Source: Hyaloraphidium curvatum SAG 235-1 (Eukaryota; Fungi; Monoblepharomycota). From it: a stretch of 64,000 nucleotides of DNA. The notes under the pieces were generated by a model. The model had not been told where the DNA came from, ran no database searches, and worked only from the letters and a program-made list of their open reading frames with translations. Numbering within the stretch: the first letter of the stretch is position 1; the number at the start of each line of letters is the position of its first letter. Both the position numbers and the translations under genes were made by a program. The DNA is taken from the NCBI GenBank assembly GCA_025558095.1, contig JAIVFI010000004.1, forward strand, positions 682,001 to 746,000, read 5' to 3'. Of the stretch, positions 56,856 to 64,000 are shown piece after piece.

Positions 56856-57857
56856 ATGCACACGTCCAGTGCGGGCGCCGCGCTGCCCGGTGCCGCGCTG
56901 CTGGCGGCGCTGCTGCTCCTCTTTGCTTTCCTCGGCGGCGGATCCGGCGGCGGCGACCCCGGCGCGCCGCCGCCCGCGGTCCGCGCCGCGCGCATCGCGC
57001 CGCCGTCGTTCCCCGCCGCCGCGTGCGCCGCCGCCGCCTCCGCGCCCCTCCGCTTCCCGCGCGCACAGCGCCTCGCGTACGCCTCCAATTTCTCCTCCGT
57101 GAAGGGCTGGATGAACCCCGCCGTCGCGCACCTCGCCGCCGTGCTCTCCGACGCCCAGTCCCGCGCGGGGATCTGCGGCGCCGCGGGCGAGATCGGCGTG
57201 CACCACGGCAAGTTCTCCATTGCGCTCGCGCACGCCCTCCGAGCAGGGGAGCGGAGCGTGGCCGTGGACGTGTTCGAGAACCAGGAATTGAACGTGGACG
57301 GGTCGGGGAATGGGGACCGTGCGGTGTTCGAGGGCAACCTGAGGCGCTTCGGGGTCGAGCCGGGGGAGGACGTGCGGATGATCGCCGGGAGCAGCGACGA
57401 GGTGGTGCCCGCGCAGCTGGTGGAGGCGGCGGGGGGCAGCATGTTCCGGCTCTTCTCGGTGGACGGCGGACATACGGCGGAGCTCGCCGAGAATGATTTG
57501 CGGCTGGCGGCGGCGGTCTGCGTGGACGGGTGCGTCGTCTTCCTCGACGACTTTTTGGCCCCGGAGTGGCCCGGCGTCACCGAAGGCCTCGTCTCCTACC
57601 TCCGCACCGCCACCCCCTCCCTCGTCCCCTTCCTCGCCTACACCAACAAGCTCCTCCTCACCACCCCGTCGTTCCACGCGCGCTGGACCGACGCCGTGGC
57701 TTCGCACGCGCACTTTGGACCGCGGGCCAAGAAGAAGCCGCGGAGGGTCGCGCTGGGGGGGACGGCGTACCTGCTGGGGCCGCCGGGTTTCTACGAGGGG
57801 GAGGGGGGGGAGAAAGAGGCGTGGATCAAGTACGTGGAGGGGTCTGGGGGCGAATGA
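56856..57857 (+). CDS. Class I SAM methyltransferase (Methyltransf_24) with TM anchor, single exon
   Basis: VKGWM, GEIGVHHGK, AVDVFE, FRLFSVDGGHT, VFLDDF...WPGV. Confidence 0.85.
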   Translation: MHTSSAGAALPGAALLAALLLLFAFLGGGSGGGDPGAPPPAVRAARIAPPSFPAAACAAAASAPLRFPRAQRLAYASNFSSVKGWMNPAVAHLAAVLSDAQSRAGICGAAGEIGVHHGKFSIALAHALRAGERSVAVDVFENQELNVDGSGNGDRAVFEGNLRRFGVEPGEDVRMIAGSSDEVVPAQLVEAAGGSMFRLFSVDGGHTAELAENDLRLAAAVCVDGCVVFLDDFLAPEWPGVTEGLVSYLRTATPSLVPFLAYTNKLLLTTPSFHARWTDAVASHAHFGPRAKKKPRRVALGGTAYLLGPPGFYEGEGGEKEAWIKYVEGSGGE

Positions 57858-58292
57858 GTGCGCGCCCGCTCGCGGGCGGGGGCGGGTGGCTTGCGATCGG
57901 GTCTTCCGCCCGATGCGGCGGGACGGGCAATCGACCCGGCACATCGTCCGCGTCGTCGTGGGCCGTTGTCTTGCCAGGGGACGGGGCGGCGATGCAACTG
58001 GTCAGCGGACTTTGACGGTGCCAGCCCTCGTCCACCGCCAGCCGAGATCCGTCCCCCAGGATCCGATCCGCCGTCAACCGTTACCAATCCCTCCATTCAT
58101 CCAGCGAAAACCCCTGCGACTCGAGGTTTTGCCGGGTGATGATCCCCCGATTGTTTTCGGAAGGTTGTCTTTGCTGCGCCTCAAATCACTTGCAGCCAAA
58201 CGGCGGCGGCCAGGCGGCATCAGCAGGCCGCAGCACGGACCCTGGCCGGTCGCGGGAGGTTCCTGCGATCTCTTGTGGCGGGATCCGGCACG

Positions 58293-59975
58293 ATGAGGCG
58301 ACGGGCGTGCGGTGCCGGTGCAGCGCTGCCCGCGGCGTGGGCGTTCCTCTTTCTCCTTCTGGCGGGCTCCGTCCTCGCCGCCTCCGCGGCCGATGCCCCG
58401 GCCGCCCCCCGGGCCGGCGATGTATTCGACGACGCGGCGTTCGGCGAGTCGCAGCTGGCCGATCTCTTTGCCGCGCTGCCCGCGGCCGACGAACCGCCGC
58501 CGCTCCCGCCGCGCCGGCTCTTTTCCGCCGCCGACGCGCGGCTGCGGTTCCTCGGCCGCTGGGACTTTTCTGCCGGCGAGGCGCTGACCGGCTGGAGCCG
58601 CGGCCGCCTCAGGCTGCGCGTCGCGGGGACCGCCGCGGTGTCGCTGCACTGCCGCCTCTCGGCCTTCGATGCAAACGGCACGTGGACCGACAGGCCGCTG
58701 CTGGCCATGGTCCGCGCCGTGCCGCTGCGGCTGCCCGCCGCGTTCAACTCCTCGTGGGGCACGATCGCGCCCGCCTGCGCGCCCTCGCATTCGCAGCCGG
58801 GAGGCGCACCCGCCGCGCCGCTGGCGACCGGGCTGGACCCCCGCGCAGCGTACGACCTCGACGTCGTCTTCCTGTTCGCCGGCGAGGTCACGGTACCCGG
58901 CCAACGCCCCCTCGCCGTGGAAGCCGTGGGCCTGGACGCCTCCCTGCCCTCGGACCTCCTCGCCGTCCCCTGGCAGCCGGTGATCGAGTTCGTGGGGGAC
59001 AGCATCACCGCCGGCCTTTCGCTCGCCGCGGGCCCCGACGGCACCGTGCAGCTCGCCTCGTACGCCGACGAGGCCGCCCGCATCCTCGGCGCGCAGGCGG
59101 CGGTGGTCGCGCTGCCTGGCATCGGCCTGGTGGCGCGGCAGCCGCCCATGCGGGACGCCTACTTCCGCGGCGGCCTGGCGCCCGATTCGCCGCGCCACGA
59201 TTTCGCGGCGCAGGGGTACCGCCCCCGCGCCGTGGTGGTCAACCTGGGCGTGAACGACAGGTGGCAGGGCGTCGCCCCCGCCGAGTTTGCCGCGGCGTAC
59301 CGGACCTTGCTCTCCGAGATGATGCGCACGTACGGCCGCGACAACGGCACCACGTACGCGGTGCTGGTGCCCTTTGGCCGGTGGCACAACGACTCGCGGG
59401 AGGTGCTACCCGTGTACGACGCCGACGTCTGGCGCAACATCAGCGAGGGCTGGCCCCGCAGGCCGAAAGTGATTGCGCTCGACAGCGGGGGTTGGTTGAC
59501 GCCCTTCAATGCGCCGAGGCTGCTGGTCGACGGGGTGCATCCCAACCCGGACGGGCAGTTGGTGTTTGGCGCGAGGGTCGCGGGGGAGCTGAGGAGGCTG
59601 CTGGCGCTGGAGGACCGGGATCCGCCCCGTACGAGCACGCGCACGAGGAGTCGGACGAGGACGAGGACGGCGACCACCAGCACGACGCACAAGTTCACCA
59701 GCAGCACCACGCGCACGCAATCCACGTCGACCACGCGCACCGACAGGGCGAGGGCGTCGGGCAGGGGAAGCTCCTCGCGGACGTCGAAGCAGACCACCGG
59801 GCGCCGCGCGACGGTGACCACGAAACGGGGGTCGACGGGCCGCCGTCGCACCGGAAGGACATCGCGGGGCCGGGAGACGACCGCGCGGCGCAACTCGACG
59901 CGGGGACGCACGGCGCGCACGTTGCGCAGGGCGGGGAGCAGCTCCGCGAGGGCGCGGTCGACGAGCAGGCGTTGA
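58293..59975 (+). CDS. Secreted SGNH/GDSL hydrolase (CE2-like carbohydrate esterase) with a Thr/Arg/Ser-rich tail, single exon
   Basis: Block I EFVGDSITAG, block III VNLGVND, block V DGVHP; N-terminal RFLGRW beta-domain typical of CE2-like enzymes. Confidence 0.82.
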   Translation: MRRRACGAGAALPAAWAFLFLLLAGSVLAASAADAPAAPRAGDVFDDAAFGESQLADLFAALPAADEPPPLPPRRLFSAADARLRFLGRWDFSAGEALTGWSRGRLRLRVAGTAAVSLHCRLSAFDANGTWTDRPLLAMVRAVPLRLPAAFNSSWGTIAPACAPSHSQPGGAPAAPLATGLDPRAAYDLDVVFLFAGEVTVPGQRPLAVEAVGLDASLPSDLLAVPWQPVIEFVGDSITAGLSLAAGPDGTVQLASYADEAARILGAQAAVVALPGIGLVARQPPMRDAYFRGGLAPDSPRHDFAAQGYRPRAVVVNLGVNDRWQGVAPAEFAAAYRTLLSEMMRTYGRDNGTTYAVLVPFGRWHNDSREVLPVYDADVWRNISEGWPRRPKVIALDSGGWLTPFNAPRLLVDGVHPNPDGQLVFGARVAGELRRLLALEDRDPPRTSTRTRSRTRTRTATTSTTHKFTSSTTRTQSTSTTRTDRARASGRGSSSRTSKQTTGRRATVTTKRGSTGRRRTGRTSRGRETTARRNSTRGRTARTLRRAGSSSARARSTSRR

Positions 59976-60049
59976 GCCCCGCAAATGCCCCATTCAATAG
60001 ATGCGACCGCGACACGCCGCTCCTACCCCGGCTCCCCGCACCCGTCCCC

Positions 60050-61051
60050 CTACTCCGGATCCCCGCACCCTCCCCCCGCCACCAGCCCCAGCACCTCCCC
60101 CAGCAGCCTGCTCCCCTCCTTCGGGGTGGGATGCACTCTGTCCCTCAGCCCTGGCCTGCCCACGCGGAACACCCCCATCCCCAGCCCCGTCGCCCCCCTC
60201 GCCGCGCCGGCGTTGGCCCGCTCCACGAGCTCGTTGGTCCGCGGCCACCGCCACTTGAAGAGGGTCTCGTTGAGCCCGGTGTCGCCGACGGGGTTGGACG
60301 TCCGCCAGCCGGCCCACGCCAGCGGCCACCGGGCCTCTTCCGCCGCCTCCGCCGCCGCGCGCATCAGAGCGGTGGCGTTGCGCGCGTGCGCGGCCAGCCA
60401 TTCCCCGCGGCACGCGTCGCCCGCGGGCCCGTCCGAGTGCAGCAGCGCGTACGTGGCGGGGCGGCACTTCCACGCCTTGTAAAGGTCCCAGTAGAGCGCC
60501 TGCACGAGCAAGGCCGTCGGCGGGCGGGCCAGGACGGCGGGCAGCGCGCGGAAAAGCGGGACGAGGATGGCCCGCCACAGTTCGGCGGGGGAGGGGGGCT
60601 CCGGCGAGGAGGAACTGCCCAGCAGCGGGTTGGCCTCGCACAGGCTGGTCACGGCGGGGGAGGAGGCCAGCCGCAGGTGCACCAGCAGCACCGACACGTC
60701 CGCCGGGGCGTCGCGGCACAGGATAAAGTCGAACTCGGGCGCCAGCCCCGGCGCCAGCTCCCTTGCCACGGTCGAGTTTGCCAGCGTCCGCAGCGCGCCG
60801 CACTCTTCCTCGTCGGGGCGCGGGCCTTTGTTGCGCCAGCCGGGGGGCGCACACAGTTTGGCATTGCGCGCTTTGCAGCCGTCGGAGATGATGTAGCGGT
60901 CGACGCTATCGCCGAGCACGACGAGGCCGACGCCGCGGGGCGACCCGGTGCCCGACCCGCACAGCGCGAACGCCGCGGGGCGCAGCAGCAGGAACGCAGG
61001 GAGGAGCAGCAGCGCGCCCGCCGCCGCGAGGGCGCGCGGCATCCAGCTCAT
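60050..61051 (-). CDS. SGNH-fold PC-esterase/TBL-like polysaccharide O-acyl enzyme with TM anchor, single exon
   Basis: VVLGDSVDR near the N-terminus, WRTS, and C-terminal RDRVHP (GDS...DxxH). Confidence 0.62.
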   Translation of the reverse strand: MSWMPRALAAAGALLLLPAFLLLRPAAFALCGSGTGSPRGVGLVVLGDSVDRYIISDGCKARNAKLCAPPGWRNKGPRPDEEECGALRTLANSTVARELAPGLAPEFDFILCRDAPADVSVLLVHLRLASSPAVTSLCEANPLLGSSSSPEPPSPAELWRAILVPLFRALPAVLARPPTALLVQALYWDLYKAWKCRPATYALLHSDGPAGDACRGEWLAAHARNATALMRAAAEAAEEARWPLAWAGWRTSNPVGDTGLNETLFKWRWPRTNELVERANAGAARGATGLGMGVFRVGRPGLRDRVHPTPKEGSRLLGEVLGLVAGGGCGDPE

Positions 61052-61233
61052 CCGCCGCCGCCGGGAATAATGGGACCGCTGTCCCGCTCTTCGCGCTCCG
61101 ATCCAAAGTCCCGGCGGCGTCAAGCAGCAGCACCAGGAGAGCCAGCTGCCCGGCCCGTTCCGCACGCACGACACCATCGGGCAAGCTAGGAAACCGGCCT
61201 CCCCGCCTTCCGCCGCCCCCCGCCGTCGCCGCG

Positions 61234-61704
61234 ATGGACGCGCTCCTCGACCTCCGTGGGCTCCCTTCGCCCCCCCTGCGTTCGAGCTCGCCACCTCTAA
61301 CCGGTCGGTTGACAGTCCCCGAACCGCCCTACCAGCTCATCGCCGCCGTTGCCGGCGCCACCGCCGTGCTGGCCGGCACGATAGGCGAGCACCGCATGCG
61401 CCCGCAGCTCCTGACCGAGGGCGAGGAGGGCCTGAAGCGCATCAAGGACTGGGAAGTCGCGCGTCTGTACCACCTGGTGCACGCGGCGGCGCTCGCGGCG
61501 CTGGCTGCAAAGAGCAAATCCGGGGCCGGTGGGGAAAGGGCCACGGGGTGGCTGTGGGCGCTCGGGACGGCCGGGTTCGCGGGGAGCATCTACGCCATCG
61601 TGGCCAACAGGAAGCAGGCGTGGACCAAGGGCCCGGCGAAGTACGCCACCCCCCTGGGCGGGATCACGATGATGCTGGGCTGGGCTACGGTGGCGCTGTG
61701 GTGA
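61234..61704 (+). CDS. TMEM256/DUF423 small membrane protein
   Basis: GATAVLAGTIGEH, WEVARLYHLVHA, GTAGFAGSIY, ATPLGGITMMLGW. Confidence 0.85.
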   Translation: MDALLDLRGLPSPPLRSSSPPLTGRLTVPEPPYQLIAAVAGATAVLAGTIGEHRMRPQLLTEGEEGLKRIKDWEVARLYHLVHAAALAALAAKSKSGAGGERATGWLWALGTAGFAGSIYAIVANRKQAWTKGPAKYATPLGGITMMLGWATVALW

Positions 61705-61723
61705 TAATGCGGATGGTGTGCAT

Positions 61724-63064
61724 CTACACGCTAAAGTAGAACAGGGTAAAGACGAGGGCCGCGAGGACCGTGAACGTGAAGGTGACGGCGTCGGCGGCCG
61801 ACGAGGTGCTCGTCGTGGTGCCCGCGGGCGCTGCGACGGGGGCGGCAGGCGCCTGAGTCGGCGCCTGCACGGCCTGCGTCGTGGCGGCAGCCTTGGTGCT
61901 GGCCGAAACGGCGGGAACAGACGTGGCCGCCGCAGCGGCCGCGCTCGACGCCGCCTCGCAGCTCTGCACGCCGTACGGGCGGCCCGTGGTGGCGGCGAGC
62001 TCGTCCACGGGACCGCAGCGTAGGTCGTCCCCGATGTAGCACAGCGCCGCCGAGTTGTTGGTCCTGCGGGGCCGAAATGTTCGCGATCGGAAATGCAGAA
62101 GCCCTCGTGGGACTCACAAGGCGCAGTACTGGAGGGAGCGCGGGAAAGAGTCGCTGGAAATGACGCCGCCAAAGTTGTTGTTGACGAGCGAGCTGCGTTT
62201 CGTGCGTGAGCCACGGTCGGCGGCCGGTGGGCAACATTGATTCCTCACAGGGCATGCAGGTTGGCCGGCAGCACGGGGATCGACCCCGTGAAGAGGTTGT
62301 TGTTGATGTGCAGCGTCTCGAGGTTGTACAAGTCCGACAGATCCTTGATCTCGCCGTCCATGGAGGTGTCCTCGACAAAGAGGTACTTGAGGTTGACGTG
62401 GCGGTGCACCCAGGCCGGGAAGGGGCCGTTGACCGCCTGCGGGCGGGGCGCGCCGGCGGCACGGCGCCCGAAGATGCGGAGGTACTCGAGGGAAGGCAGG
62501 TACAGCCTGCGACGGAAACGATCAGCCCCGCGAGACGGACCGACATCATCCGACCCGCTCCCACCACTCGTAGTTGGCCAGCTGCCCCTCCCTGATCCCC
62601 CACGATATCCCCGTCACCCTCCCCTCCCCGTCGCAATCGATCCTGATCTCGGGGTGCAGCGCCATGTTCTCCACCGCCCTCGGGCTGTACCCGCAGCACG
62701 ACCCCGCCCTGCCGGGCTCCCAGTACTCCACCGCGCACGAGTGCCCGTCCGCGTCCTGCCGCCCGCCGGCCATGGCCAGCCGGTTGCGCCGGAACAGCGG
62801 GACGGCGCCGGCGGAGAGGTACCGCTCCACGAGGCCGCAGTCGCCCTCGGACCACGAGAAGGTGGCGTTGGCGAGGCACCCGTCGGGGTCGTAGGGTGTC
62901 AGCGAGTCAGGGGGGCCGGCCTGGCGGGGGGTGAGGGAGCGCCGGAAGAGCTCGACGTGCCGGCCCAGCTCCAGCGGCGGCGACGACATGGCCGCGGCGA
63001 GGACGGCGGCGGCGGCGACGGCGACGGCCGTGCGGAGCGGCCAGGAGGAGGTGCGGTCGGCCAT
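61724..63064 (-). CDS. Extracellular leucine-rich-repeat protein with Ser/Thr/Ala stalk and probable GPI or TM anchor, multi-exon
   Basis: Signal peptide; Cys cap IDCDGEGRVTGISW; LxxLxxLxLxxNxFxGxIP repeats (LYNLETLHINNNLFTGSIP); hydrophobic C-terminus. Confidence 0.72.
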
Positions 63065-63820
63065 ATCAGAGGGAGGTCGGGCGACCCGTGTTGGGGTCCG
63101 TTGTTTACTCGGCCGGTGGAGGGCGCGACCGCCGCTCTGCGGCGGGGCAAGCGCGGGGAACCGAGGGACCCTGCTCTCGGCAGAGCACGCGGAAGTTGTT
63201 CCCGCGCCCGGCGGGGCGGAATGGGTTCCGGCGTGGGATGGGGCAGCGCGAGATTCGGGGGCCCGGCGGATTTGGAGCCGCGCACGCCCCACGCCGGCCC
63301 AGAAGAAACATTGCGCACCAACACCGTCATTGAAGTAATGCTCGAATCGCAATGCAAAACAAGTATGCTTATTGTCTCCTGGCATAGAAGTTCAACCCCG
63401 ATCTTCCTCCGGAGTCGCACAGCTCCACCTTCGCCGCCGAGCACCTTGCGATCCCAAGACATGCATGGTGGCTCCGCTCCGTAGCCAAAAACCACCAGCT
63501 AGCCGCCCACAGTGTTATAGGGAGCTGGCGATGCATTTCTGCTGGAGCTCGAGTGGCTTGGCCACCGTCACGAGCGACCGGCCATCTTTGCTGGCCAGCC
63601 ATCAGCATGCTGAGCCCTACGAAGCGGCATACAAAACCACCCGAGCAAGCGTCCGGCCATCCTCCAAAGCGCAACCATGCTCCCCCTGTACTCGAAGAAC
63701 GAGAAACAGCCGGCTTACTCGGCCTTCGGCGTTGTTCCTGAAGCTCCGAGGCGGCCGGCTTGCGAACGGCAGCGCGAGCGCCTCGCAAACATCTGGGGCC
63801 TGCGGGGCATCCACGGGGCA

Positions 63821-64000
63821 ATGCTGGCGCTCTACGTGACCGCGACGCTGCTGGTTGTTGCATCCGGACTCGTGGTGCTCGCGTGGAGCGCATTCGTGTT
63901 TGCCGGCGGGGATGCAGCCCGGTCGCCGGCGGCCGCCTTCTCGTCCGCTCCGAAACTGTTGATCCCGCGGGACGGCACGACGACGCGGTTCCCCAATCCC
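63821..64000 (+). CDS. Start of a probable membrane-anchored protein, truncated by the window edge
   Basis: Open frame MLALYVTATLLVVASGLVVLAWSAFVFAGG... to the end of the window. Confidence 0.4.
   Translation, partial: MLALYVTATLLVVASGLVVLAWSAFVFAGGDAARSPAAAFSSAPKLLIPRDGTTTRFPNP

Noticed and set aside
58136-61189. 1017-aa ORF on the + strand
   Set aside because: Arg/Gly/Ala-rich off-frame and antisense shadow of the SGNH and TBL-like genes; long stop-free frames are expected at this GC content.
1-64000. Alternative genetic code or widespread pseudogenisation to explain fragmented ORFs
   Set aside because: In the conserved genes examined, breaks are explained by short GT-AG or GC-AG introns with branch points.

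Overview
Gene-dense, GC-rich eukaryotic DNA with about 38 protein-coding genes, short (roughly 45-80 nt) spliceosomal introns and very short intergenic gaps. The gene content combines fungal-type genes (Ssk2-type MAPKKK, Mob2, Mto1/centrosomin CM1 protein, Spd1/Dif1-like, ERG1, SNX4) with genes usually absent from yeasts (strawberry notch, fidgetin-like 1, GLUD1-type glutamate dehydrogenase). This suggests an early-diverging (zoosporic) fungus, possibly Monoblepharidomycete-like; the taxonomy is inference only. The most striking pattern is that about 14 genes, 12 apparently single-exon, encode membrane-anchored or secreted glycan-building and glycan-decorating enzymes of plant/algal/bacterial type. 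These are STELLO, GT47, GT61, GT92, a GT2-like enzyme, DUF579, five further SAM methyltransferases, a sulfotransferase and two SGNH/TBL-type acyl enzymes, concentrated at 37-44 kb and 50-61 kb among intron-rich housekeeping genes. Other points: a BRCT-Ssk2 fusion, a Spd1-like protein with a C-terminal PIP box, a stand-alone YVH1 zinc domain, a bacterial-type GST head-to-head with DUF952, a secreted-protein gene broken by a hairpin element plus a LINE remnant, and a synonymously diverged duplicate C-terminus behind a stop codon. No rRNA, tRNA or CRISPR array was recognised. All family calls come from motif recognition by eye, not database searches; multi-exon gene ends are approximate.
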